Shown: piece by piece, positions 1 through 8,561 of the stretch | Numbering within the stretch: the stretch's first letter is position 1 | How the letters are laid out: each line of letters starts with the position of its first letter | NCBI GenBank assembly: GCA_017475605.1 | Contig: JAFVFD010000002.1 | Coordinates: forward strand, 150,001 to 182,000 | Length of the DNA: 32,000 bases | Reading direction: 5' to 3' | From: Alphaproteobacteria bacterium | GTDB lineage: Bacteria; Pseudomonadota; Alphaproteobacteria; Rs-D84 | The notes under the pieces: generated by a model | The model's input: the letters and a program-made list of their open reading frames with translations, nothing else | What the model was told of the DNA's origin: nothing | Databases searched by the model: none | Made by a program: the position numbers and the translations under genes

Positions 1-2
1 AT

Positions 3-3000
3 GAAATTCGTATCAACGAAACCCAATGCGCACGAACCAAGTTCAGAATTAACACAACGTCTGATGCCGACGAGTTTTTAATCTATATCGGTGCCGCGGG
101 AACATTCTATATCGATTGGGATGATGGTTCCGCACCAAGTGTAATTACACATGCGACACCAATTGCGGTACCGTATTCCCATAAATATACAACGGTGCAA
201 TCGCGAACGATTCGCATTGGCGGTTTGGCAACGGAATACCCACCATTGAATATCAACCCCGCCATATCATTTTTCTATAACAACATTTCACACCCCAATT
301 ACATACACAGTGTTTCCGGTTCGTTGGGCGAATTGTTCCCCAGTTATGGCACTGCCGTTGGGCAAACACCACGATTTCGCAACACATTTCTGTATGCGAC
401 TAATATGTACACAATTCCGAACACTTTATTCAGCGGGATAAGCAACGGTTCGGGAACCGTTGCGCCGATATCAAGTATGTTCGAAGGAACGTTTAAACAC
501 TCCGGTCTGACCGAAATACCGACGGGTCTGTTTGCCGAAATTGGGGGCGCACCGGCCAACAGTATGTTTGAAGAAACGTTTTATATGGCGGAAAATCTGG
601 CTGGCGAGATTCCATCGGATTTATTCGCCGGCATTCGCGGCGCACCGGCGGAACAAATGTACGAACGCACATTTGGTAGCACAAAATTAAGTGGCGAATT
701 GCCTGATTATCTGTTTGGCAATTTGAATGGTGCGCCACAATATGCGATGTTCATGCAAACATTTGTCAACGACACGGGGCTAACGGGACAAATTCCGGAT
801 CATTTGTTTGGCGATTTGACTGGTTCAATTGATGTTCGCTGGGCGTTTTATGAAACATTCAAGGGGTGTTCTAAACTAACCGGATATATACCATCAACAT
901 TATTTGGCACCGTCACGGGCAATGCCGGCGATGGAACATTTAGCGACACATTCACTGGAACTGGCTTGTTGGAAAATATATGCCCCAGTAATTTTCATCC
1001 ATATCCCACCTATAACAACCGATTTGCAACATATTGGGATGGCCATATTGCATGCGAAGCCGATGATGCGATTCCTGCTGACCCGGCGCTGGGCACGTGC
1101 ACCGACGCAGAAAATGAAATTGTCGTTGGCGATGGCAAATGTGTTACATCAAAATTCATTGTCGAAACAAAATCTGTAAGTAAAGTGGTATTTTCAATCA
1201 GTGCCGCCGGTATATTCTATTACGATTGTGGCGATGGCAAAGGGGGGCATGTAATCAACCGTACCGATGACACAACACCGCGTACATATTATTGCAACTA
1301 TGACACCACCGGCAAATACACTGTCCGATTTGCCGGCACTGCAACTGGTTATTCAACCGACGAACAGACCGCCGCAATAAGCTTCAATTATAACGAATCA
1401 GATTCGTCAAAGTGCGACATCACATCAATCACAGGCTCGTTGGGTTCCGTATTTCCAAGCATTGATTCCACTGGCACTAATGGCAAGACTCCGCGTTTCA
1501 CTAACACATTCAAGTATTGTGGGCTTGACTCCATTCCCGAAAACCTGTTCAGTGGCGTAAATGGACAACCAGTATCATATATGTTCATGGGAACATTTAG
1601 CGGCGCAAAGGCAACGTCTATTCCAGCCGGATTATTCAGTGGTATAAACGGCACGCCCACACCCCACCTGTTTGAAGGCACATTCAGTGGCATGACACTG
1701 TTAAGTGGCACCATAAGCTCTGATTTATTCGCGGGAATCCGTGGCGAACCAGCACCGTATATGTTCAAATCCACGTTCCAAAATTGTTATGATAATTTTT
1801 ATAAACGGTCTTTTTCAATTGATGACGATTTATTCAGCGGAATATCTGGCGCACCCGCGACAAGCATGTTTGAAAGCACATTTGAACACACAACATTGAA
1901 CAAATTACCACCGCGCTTGTTCCGCCGTATATCCGGCGCACCGGCGACAAAAATGTTCGCACATACGTTTGATGGAACATCGCCATATGAGGGTGGTACA
2001 TGCCTTATGACAACAACACCAACCGAAACAGGCGGACACTTTGTCGCCGACAACTTCTTTGGCGATATACGCGGGGATGCCACTGTTGATATGTTTGCGG
2101 GGACATTTAACAACTGTCATAAAATGACTGGTGCGATTCCGCAGAATCTGTTCGGTGGGCACAACCTGACCGGCGCTGCACAAGAAGGGGTATTTAGCAG
2201 TACTTTTGAGAGCTGTTCTGGGCTGACCGGCGAAATCCCAGATTACCTGTTGGGACAATTGTCCGGTGATGCACAACCATGGGCGTTTAACAGCACATTC
2301 TATGGATGCAGCGGCTTAACTGGTACGGTTCCCGAACATCTGTTCAGTGGTATCACTGGTGATATACATATGTCGTTTACATACACGTTCCGCGGCACTG
2401 GAATAACAGCCATTCACCGAAATTTGTTCAGTGGTCTGAATAAAATAACAACAAATATGTTAAACAATACATTTGAAGATTGTACTGGGTTGACTGAAAT
2501 ACCGGCGAACCTGTTTGCCAGTTTGAATGGAAAATCTGCAACCGATGCCAATGTTACATACCACAATGGGAAACGAAATGAATATTCCATTGGTGATATA
2601 TTCGAAGAGACATTCAAAGGGTGTACGGGTCTCACATCTTTGCCAAACAAATTGTTTGCCGGCATATCTGGGACCGTTGCTGGAATGTTCTGGGGCACAT
2701 TTGCTAATACTGGTATTACGTCAATTCCCGCAGATTTATTCTATGATGCCACGACGGGAACTGGTATATCGGGCGCGACAACAGAAAGAATGTTCAAAGA
2801 AACATTTGCGGGTTGTACGAACCTGGCCAGCATACCGGCCACGCTGTTCGCCGGCATATCGGGTGCGCCTGCAAAATATATGTATTCCGGCACGTTCCAG
2901 GGATGCACCGGACTGACCACATTACCTGCAACAATGCTGTTCGGCAACATATCGGGGGCACCCGCAGAATATATGTTCCAAAACACATTTATGGGATGCA

Positions 3001-6000
3001 CAGGCCTGACATCATTACCGGACGCACCATTATTCGGAATCATCGGCCCACACACCCAAGATGGCACGGGCACAACCCCAACCGCCGCATATATGTTTGC
3101 GAACACATTCCGTGGGTGCACATCACTTGCCGGCTTTATCCCAGCCCAAATGTTTTGGTATTGGAACACAGACAAATTTAGTGCTGCCGATGGTATGTTT
3201 TCTAACGTGTTTACTGATACGAAATTAACTGGCAAGTGTCCAACCGGATACAAGCAATTTGTAACAAATTTTGAAAAGCACTGGGGTTGGACCAGTGCCG
3301 GCGTGTACCCCCAGACATATCGTGTCGCATGCGAACGTGATTCTTCGTGTGATTTGGGCTATGTGTGGAATGGGTCAGAATGCGTAGAATCCACAAACGG
3401 CACCCCGAAAACATGCACCGCCGGAGCCGAAGATGAAATAAAAATAAATGACACCCAATGTGTTAAAAATAGTTTTTATATAACAACAAGCCCAACCAGT
3501 TCGTTTGATTTCAATATCAGTGCCGCTGGTATATTCTATGTCGATTGGGGTGACGGCAACGTTCAGACCATTAATCGCGAAAACAACGTTACACCAGCCG
3601 ACATATCGCATACATACGCCAGCGAACAGGAACGCGTGATAAAATTTGGTGGTATTGCAAACGGATATAACAGTGTCTATTCCACAGCTGCGATATCTTT
3701 TAATGCCATTAACAATTCTGCATATGACAAGATAACCGGAATTGGTGGTTCGTTGGGCGCAATATTCCCAGCGGTTGGCCCAGGCAGCACACACATACCA
3801 TCATTTTATGGAACATTCAGTGGATGCAAAAACATCGAAAGTGTTATTCCATACGACTTGTTCGCAGGCAGTTTGAACTCATCGCCACGATCGGGTATGT
3901 TTACCGGTACATTTTATAACTGCAAGAAACTTGTTGGGTTTATACCACAAAATATGTTTGGTAACATCAGCACCATACCGTCAAATGCAGATATATTTGA
4001 AAACACATTCGGGAATTGCGACAATCTTGCAACCGAAACCACTGGCTGTGGCGCAGATGGATACGCACAATATATCAGTGGATTCGAATCGCAATGGAGT
4101 AATCACATTATGTGCGGCAGCACCTACAGCAGTGGCACATGGAATGGATATATATCGGCATCCCCGATAAATTGTTCAGCATCTGAACACAAATATTTCA
4201 ATGGATTCTTCAATAAATGTATGTGTGATGTTGGATATTATGAATACATACCGAATCGTGGAACATCAAACGAAGGTACCCCAGAGTGTGTTCCATATGA
4301 TTCATATGGAATGGCATTATGTACCAAAGAAAAACAATATGTGTGTTACAACATAAATAGTCTTGGGAACGTAAGCTTGCTGTCAAATTCAGATTATGAT
4401 TATACGCGGCTTGTTGGACATCAAATGGCGGCGATGAAAAATAATGGTACCCAAGTTGGCCGGTGTATCGCATATGTTGGCACTGGTTCCGACAAGCAAC
4501 TTGTTGATGCTGGATATGACGCGTACGATTGGAACAAAAATAATTACGGACGGACAAAATATTGTGGCAATTCTAATGACTATTTGTTCAAGATTAAATT
4601 CCAGGACCAAAACGGCGCCCCAATCAGTGTTCATATCAACGGATTGTTTGATGAGCCGGTTGATCACATTATCATTAATCCAAACATTGATTATTCATCC
4701 GTCATACCAGGCTATACACATCGTTGGCGTTACCCGAACGAAGATGTAAATGATTTGTTACGCGTGATAAAGGCCGATCCGGCAAACGCGACACTGTTCA
4801 GCAATTACATCATGGAATCCCGTATCAAATCCAATGGTAACACCAATGGCGAACAAGGGTACAACACTGGCGAATTGTATTTCCCAGACAATGTTCGTGC
4901 CGAACCTGCGTTTGCCAGCGACGATGGATATTATCCAACAGAATACTATTTGACATTTAATTCAATAACATGTGCTGAAAATCAGTTCGCCACAAATGGA
5001 AGCTGCGTTGATTCTAAATTCAGTGTCATCACCACAAATAACACAAACAGTTTGATATTCAGTTTGGGCGCCCAAGGAACATTCTTTGTTGATTGTGGCG
5101 ACGGTGGCACATTGACGCAAGCCGCCAATTCGCATGGCACAATTTCCGGCAAGCAGATTACTCGCAGTCTTACCTCTGAAACAACATATACATGCACATG
5201 GTCGTCCGCGGGCGAGCATACGATACGGTTTGGCGGCGAAGCAACTGGATATGGGGATAATAGTACAATATCATTTTATCAGCAATCTAACGGCACCCAA
5301 GATAAAATCAAATCTATCAGTGGGTCATTGGGGGCAATATTCCCAGTGGTTGGTGGTGTGGTACCTAAATTTAGCTACACATTTTATAGCACAAGGATAA
5401 CATCGATACCAGCCAACTTGTTCAGTGGCATTGACACGTCATCAGCAACAAATACATCTGATATGTTTAGTTATACTTTCAACAATACAAACATAACATC
5501 AATTCCATCTGACTTATTCAGCACAATTAATACATCTTCAGCAACAAATACGGACAGTATGTTTTTGGGCACTTTTGGATATACAAACATAACAGAAATA
5601 CCAGCCAACTTGTTCAGCACAATTGACACATCATCTGCGACCAATACATCTCATATGTTTAATTCTACTTTCAACAATACAAACATAACATCAATTCCAA
5701 CTGGGTTGTTCGGAACAATCAATACATCTTCAGCAATACAACTGTACCAAATGTTTTTTTCAACGTTCCAAAGTACAAAAATAACAGAAATACCCGTTGG
5801 ATTATTCGACACAATTAATACATCATCTGTAACAGACCCCGAAGATAATGCACGCACTATGTTTGCTAATACATTCTATGGCACACCAATAACAAAGATA
5901 CCAGCTGGATTATTCCAAAATATTACCGTTGCAGGCAACTACATGTTCTCTGACACATTTGCCCGTTGCAGCAACCTATCTGGATATATACCGTATAGTG

Positions 6001-6167
6001 CATTCAAGGGCCTTATTGACGCTGATTCACCAATCGCAGATAAAATGTGGAAGGGCACATTTGATTCTACACAGTTGATTAAAACAGTATGTCCATATAA
6101 CACAACACCAGTTTCAACCCAATATGAAACAGAATGGGGCGGTTACGTGGTGTGCGAACCGAATTAA
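3..6167 (+). CDS. Giant modular repeat protein, 5'-partial (2,054 codons inside the window). It consists of reiterated super-modules: Cys loop, PKD-like domain, GSLG motif, LRR-like repeat array, Cys cap.
   Basis: Frame 3 is open from nt 3, with no stop before the GTG at 195 that the ORF track used as a start, so the true start lies left of the window. It is a single ORF ending at TAA 6165-6167. The motif 'AAG(I/T)FY(I/V/Y)D(W/C)(G/D)DG' recurs at nt 78-125, 1190-1237 and 3510-3557, with a variant 'GAQGTFFVDCGDG' at 5060-5105. Each copy is followed by 'GGxATGY', 'AISF', 'GSLGxxFP' and many 'IPxxLFxGIxGxPxxxMFxxTF' units. Confidence 0.85.
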   Translation, partial: EIRINETQCARTKFRINTTSDADEFLIYIGAAGTFYIDWDDGSAPSVITHATPIAVPYSHKYTTVQSRTIRIGGLATEYPPLNINPAISFFYNNISHPNYIHSVSGSLGELFPSYGTAVGQTPRFRNTFLYATNMYTIPNTLFSGISNGSGTVAPISSMFEGTFKHSGLTEIPTGLFAEIGGAPANSMFEETFYMAENLAGEIPSDLFAGIRGAPAEQMYERTFGSTKLSGELPDYLFGNLNGAPQYAMFMQTFVNDTGLTGQIPDHLFGDLTGSIDVRWAFYETFKGCSKLTGYIPSTLFGTVTGNAGDGTFSDTFTGTGLLENICPSNFHPYPTYNNRFATYWDGHIACEADDAIPADPALGTCTDAENEIVVGDGKCVTSKFIVETKSVSKVVFSISAAGIFYYDCGDGKGGHVINRTDDTTPRTYYCNYDTTGKYTVRFAGTATGYSTDEQTAAISFNYNESDSSKCDITSITGSLGSVFPSIDSTGTNGKTPRFTNTFKYCGLDSIPENLFSGVNGQPVSYMFMGTFSGAKATSIPAGLFSGINGTPTPHLFEGTFSGMTLLSGTISSDLFAGIRGEPAPYMFKSTFQNCYDNFYKRSFSIDDDLFSGISGAPATSMFESTFEHTTLNKLPPRLFRRISGAPATKMFAHTFDGTSPYEGGTCLMTTTPTETGGHFVADNFFGDIRGDATVDMFAGTFNNCHKMTGAIPQNLFGGHNLTGAAQEGVFSSTFESCSGLTGEIPDYLLGQLSGDAQPWAFNSTFYGCSGLTGTVPEHLFSGITGDIHMSFTYTFRGTGITAIHRNLFSGLNKITTNMLNNTFEDCTGLTEIPANLFASLNGKSATDANVTYHNGKRNEYSIGDIFEETFKGCTGLTSLPNKLFAGISGTVAGMFWGTFANTGITSIPADLFYDATTGTGISGATTERMFKETFAGCTNLASIPATLFAGISGAPAKYMYSGTFQGCTGLTTLPATMLFGNISGAPAEYMFQNTFMGCTGLTSLPDAPLFGIIGPHTQDGTGTTPTAAYMFANTFRGCTSLAGFIPAQMFWYWNTDKFSAADGMFSNVFTDTKLTGKCPTGYKQFVTNFEKHWGWTSAGVYPQTYRVACERDSSCDLGYVWNGSECVESTNGTPKTCTAGAEDEIKINDTQCVKNSFYITTSPTSSFDFNISAAGIFYVDWGDGNVQTINRENNVTPADISHTYASEQERVIKFGGIANGYNSVYSTAAISFNAINNSAYDKITGIGGSLGAIFPAVGPGSTHIPSFYGTFSGCKNIESVIPYDLFAGSLNSSPRSGMFTGTFYNCKKLVGFIPQNMFGNISTIPSNADIFENTFGNCDNLATETTGCGADGYAQYISGFESQWSNHIMCGSTYSSGTWNGYISASPINCSASEHKYFNGFFNKCMCDVGYYEYIPNRGTSNEGTPECVPYDSYGMALCTKEKQYVCYNINSLGNVSLLSNSDYDYTRLVGHQMAAMKNNGTQVGRCIAYVGTGSDKQLVDAGYDAYDWNKNNYGRTKYCGNSNDYLFKIKFQDQNGAPISVHINGLFDEPVDHIIINPNIDYSSVIPGYTHRWRYPNEDVNDLLRVIKADPANATLFSNYIMESRIKSNGNTNGEQGYNTGELYFPDNVRAEPAFASDDGYYPTEYYLTFNSITCAENQFATNGSCVDSKFSVITTNNTNSLIFSLGAQGTFFVDCGDGGTLTQAANSHGTISGKQITRSLTSETTYTCTWSSAGEHTIRFGGEATGYGDNSTISFYQQSNGTQDKIKSISGSLGAIFPVVGGVVPKFSYTFYSTRITSIPANLFSGIDTSSATNTSDMFSYTFNNTNITSIPSDLFSTINTSSATNTDSMFLGTFGYTNITEIPANLFSTIDTSSATNTSHMFNSTFNNTNITSIPTGLFGTINTSSAIQLYQMFFSTFQSTKITEIPVGLFDTINTSSVTDPEDNARTMFANTFYGTPITKIPAGLFQNITVAGNYMFSDTFARCSNLSGYIPYSAFKGLIDADSPIADKMWKGTFDSTQLIKTVCPYNTTPVSTQYETEWGGYVVCEPN
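5397..5885 (+). repeat. In-frame tandem repeat of 96 nt (32 aa). There are four regular units, followed by a longer, more diverged unit (5781-5885), inside the last super-module of the giant gene.
   Basis: Units start at 5397, 5493, 5589, 5685 and 5781, each beginning 'ataaca(tc/ga)a(a)t(a/t)cc'. The peptide units are 'ITSIPANLFSGIDTSSATNTSDMFSYTFNNTN', 'ITSIPSDLFSTINTSSATNTDSMFLGTFGYTN', 'ITEIPANLFSTIDTSSATNTSHMFNSTFNNTN' and 'ITSIPTGLFGTINTSSAIQLYQMFFSTFQSTK'. Long identical nucleotide runs are visible between units. Confidence 0.85.
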
Positions 6168-6182
6168 CAGGAGATAAAAATT

Positions 6183-6737
6183 ATGAAACACACAATGATT
6201 GTTATGATGGGGGGCCAGGGCGCAGGCAAGGGCAGTTTGGCAACCATAATGAAATCTGAACACGAATATAAACATATTGAAAGTGGTGCGCTTTTTCGCG
6301 CATTGCCGGCGGATTCTGAAATCGCAAAAATCATCGCGCGTGGCGAATTGGTACCTGATTCCGAATTGTTTAAATTAATGCAATCACAAATTACGAACGA
6401 TTCGGACATTATTTTGGACGGATTCCCCCGCACATTACCCCAGGCACAATGGTTGGTCGCCGAATATGCCGACAAATTCGATATTCATGTTCTGTACCTT
6501 AACCTGTCCGAAGAAATTATGATGTTCCGCATTAATAAACGCATTAAAGAAGGGGGCGGTCGTGCCGATGATGCTGACACTGCCGCTGTGCGTCGTCGCC
6601 TGGATACATTCTGGAAAATAACAGTTCCGGCAATTGAATGGTTGCGCACCGCCGATGGTATTAAATTCAGTGATATTGACGCATCACAAACACTGGATGG
6701 TAACATGGAACAGATACGCGCCGCACTTGCCCGGTAA
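6183..6737 (+). CDS. adk: Adenylate kinase (short, lid-less form)
   Basis: It has a P-loop 'GGQGAGKGS', 'ILDGFPRTLPQAQ' and 'GRADD...RL', is 184 aa long, and has an AGGAGA Shine-Dalgarno sequence just upstream of the ATG. Confidence 0.8.
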   Translation: MKHTMIVMMGGQGAGKGSLATIMKSEHEYKHIESGALFRALPADSEIAKIIARGELVPDSELFKLMQSQITNDSDIILDGFPRTLPQAQWLVAEYADKFDIHVLYLNLSEEIMMFRINKRIKEGGGRADDADTAAVRRRLDTFWKITVPAIEWLRTADGIKFSDIDASQTLDGNMEQIRAALAR

Positions 6738-6765
6738 CATATTGCCGCACAATCACACAATAAAA

Positions 6766-6787
6766 AACGCCCGGTTGGGCGTTTTTT
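6766..6787. terminator. Bidirectional intrinsic terminator shared by the convergent adk and corA genes
   Basis: The sequence is 'aaaaaacgccc-ggtt-gggcgtttttt', a GC stem flanked by an A-tract and a T-tract. It overlaps the corA stop codon. Confidence 0.7.
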
Positions 6788-7676
6788 ATCTTTTCCTGCG
6801 TTGAATAATACCCAATGCCGCATATCCAATCAGCAGGGTAAATATCATTATCAAAATAACTATCGCGGTCCAATCATATTCCGCCCCAGGCAATTTCATA
6901 TTCATACCGTAATATCCAACCACAATGGTTGGGGCAATCAAAATAATGTTCCACATAGTCAAGCGATTAATGTAAGTGTTCGAATCCATATTAATAACAC
7001 TTTCAAATGTTTCTTTGATTGCCTTTAACATTTTACTGTACGATGTAACAACCTCGGTCGCCTGGGCCAATTCAATGCGGGCATCTTCGGCTAATTCTTC
7101 GGCTTCATCTGTTTTAACAAAGCCACGCAACTTGTCCAATTTATCCATCACCGCAATGTTGCCCTTAATTCCAGCCATATAGAGTGTATAACTGTTTTCC
7201 ACATCCAGCAACGACAGCAATTCCGGTTTGCGTATCCGCTGGGACAGGGCATTTTTCGCACGCATAACGCGCTTGTTAAGTTCTTTCAGGCTGCGCAAAT
7301 AAGATTCCGCAATATAGTAAATTATGTTCAAAATGAACTCTTCGCGGGTGGCTTTTTCATCGCGTTTGATTTTATCCAACAAATCACAGCGTTTACGGCA
7401 TACAGTAATAACATTATCACGCGAATAAATAATAGACAATGGTTCGGTATGCCATGTCGTTTCTATTTCGCGGTTCACGATTGGGAATCGCACAATTATA
7501 ACCTTGTAATCATCTTCAACCTCGAAACGTGGCTGTTCGTCGGGGTCCAAAATGTCGGATATTGTATCTTCATCAATTTTATATTCGTTCTGTAATCTTT
7601 CGAAATCTTCGTGATCGGGATTACCAACATTTACCCAAGAGAATGTTTTTAATTTTTCAGTGTCAAACATCGCCAC
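6786..7676 (-). CDS. corA: CorA-family divalent-cation (Mg2+/Co2+) transporter
   Basis: It has the C-terminal 'YGMNMKLP' GMN signature between two hydrophobic helices, and an acidic soluble N-terminal domain. Length is 296 aa. Confidence 0.85.
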   Translation of the reverse strand: MAMFDTEKLKTFSWVNVGNPDHEDFERLQNEYKIDEDTISDILDPDEQPRFEVEDDYKVIIVRFPIVNREIETTWHTEPLSIIYSRDNVITVCRKRCDLLDKIKRDEKATREEFILNIIYYIAESYLRSLKELNKRVMRAKNALSQRIRKPELLSLLDVENSYTLYMAGIKGNIAVMDKLDKLRGFVKTDEAEELAEDARIELAQATEVVTSYSKMLKAIKETFESVINMDSNTYINRLTMWNIILIAPTIVVGYYGMNMKLPGAEYDWTAIVILIMIFTLLIGYAALGIIQRRKR

Positions 7677-7853
7677 TCTCCTTTGGTTCTGAACAATTTT
7701 TAACGCCGTCGATTTTAACCGACAATTTTAGAAAAAGCAAATGTTTTAGGTAAAAAAAATCAAACAAACCACACTTTATTAAAACACTTAATTATTTACT
7801 TGCTTAATAATTATTTTTCTGAAATAATGTGATTACAGACAAAGGAGTAACAC

Positions 7854-8141
7854 ATGAAAAAAGCATTAATCGCCGGGCTCTGCGTGGCATTTTTAACAAC
7901 TGGCGCGATGGCAAAACCATCAAACCACCACACACCGCATCACAACGGGGGACACACAACAGTTCAGGTAATTAACACATCTTCGCACCATGGCGGACGT
8001 TCGCATTACGCATCGCATCATCGTCCGTCGCATCATGTCGCGTACAGCGCGCCACGTCGCCATCACCACAGCCACGATAATTTGAATCTGCTGGGCGATG
8101 CGCTGATTGCGTTTGCGATATTCGCGGCAGCCGCACAATAA
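7854..8141 (+). CDS. Histidine-rich exported protein (95 aa) with a hydrophobic C-terminal tail
   Basis: AAGGAG lies 7 nt upstream of the ATG. The signal peptide is 'MKKALIAGLCVAFLTTGAMA'. The mature part contains 16 His in about 55 residues (HH, HHH runs). A terminator follows directly. Confidence 0.75.
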   Translation: MKKALIAGLCVAFLTTGAMAKPSNHHTPHHNGGHTTVQVINTSSHHGGRSHYASHHRPSHHVAYSAPRRHHHSHDNLNLLGDALIAFAIFAAAAQ

Positions 8142-8160
8142 ACAATTAAACAATAAAAAC

Positions 8161-8188
8161 ACCGCCGGAAACGGCGGTTTAATTTTTT
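8161..8188 (+). terminator. Intrinsic terminator after the His-rich gene
   Basis: The hairpin is 'accgccg-gaaa-cggcggt', followed by 'ttaatttttt'. Confidence 0.7.
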
Positions 8189-8264
8189 GGTCGGGGTGAC
8201 AGGAATCGAACCTGCGACCCCTTGCACCCCATGCAAGTACTCTACCAGGCTGAGCTACACCCCG
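8188..8264 (-). tRNA. tRNA-Pro (anticodon GGG)
   Basis: The reverse complement folds as a cloverleaf: acceptor CGGGGTG/CACCCCG, D arm GCTC...GAGT, anticodon arm CTTGC-ATGGGGT-GCAAG (U33, GGG, G37) and T arm GCAGG-TTCGATT-CCTGT. CCA is encoded. Length is 77 nt. Confidence 0.9.
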
Positions 8265-8361
8265 ACATGCGTTCTATACTAGCCCACCCACACGCAAATT
8301 ACAAATATTTTTTAAGGTATTCATACATATTGTTGGGGCGGGGCGGGTAATGTAAAATATT

Positions 8362-8375
8362 TTTGTCCGGACAAA
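8362..8375. promoter_or_regulatory. Perfect 14-bp palindrome, a candidate operator upstream of the micro-ORF
   Basis: 'tttgtccggacaaa' is its own reverse complement. It lies 39 nt upstream of the ATG at 8414, in an AT-rich region that looks like a promoter. Confidence 0.4.
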
Positions 8376-8413
8376 TAAAATAACAACCAATATTTAAACA
8401 AGGGAGAACTATT

Positions 8414-8527
8414 ATGTCTAAAACAGAACATGGAAAAAACTGTAAGTGTAAAGAATGTACCAGCATCGTCGCAAATCATGAACACGACAGAAAACACCCA
8501 GGTAAACCAGAAAAATGCGACAAGTAA
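8414..8527 (+). CDS. Cys/His-rich micro-protein (37 aa), absent from the ORF track
   Basis: The ATG is preceded by 'aagggagaactatt' (GGGAGA Shine-Dalgarno). The peptide is 'MSKTEHGKNCKCKECTSIVANHEHDRKHPGKPEKCDK', ending at TAA 8525-8527. A clean intrinsic terminator sits 10 nt downstream. Confidence 0.6.
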   Translation: MSKTEHGKNCKCKECTSIVANHEHDRKHPGKPEKCDK

Positions 8528-8536
8528 ATTAACCAA

Positions 8537-8561
8537 CACCGGCAAACAAGCCGGTGTTTTT
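8537..8561 (+). terminator. Intrinsic terminator after the micro-ORF
   Basis: The hairpin is 'caccggc-aaacaa-gccggtg', followed by 'ttttt'. Confidence 0.75.

Noticed and set aside
1-83. A frame-1 ORF starts at the ATG at nt 1 (MKFVSTKPNAHEPSSELTQRLMPTSF*).
   Set aside because: Frame 3 over the same bases continues the super-module motif of the giant protein (NEIRINETQC...AAGTFYIDWDDG). The frame-1 ORF is coincidental.
344-5857. Many 60-170-aa ORFs lie on the minus strand or in other plus frames inside the giant gene, for example 1388-1774(-), 2741-3253(-), 3375-3794(-) and 4210-4557(-).
   Set aside because: All are fully nested in the 6.1-kb ORF. They have no Shine-Dalgarno sequence, and their translations are low-complexity mirror images of the repeat units. 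They are shadow ORFs created by the repetitive, stop-poor composition.
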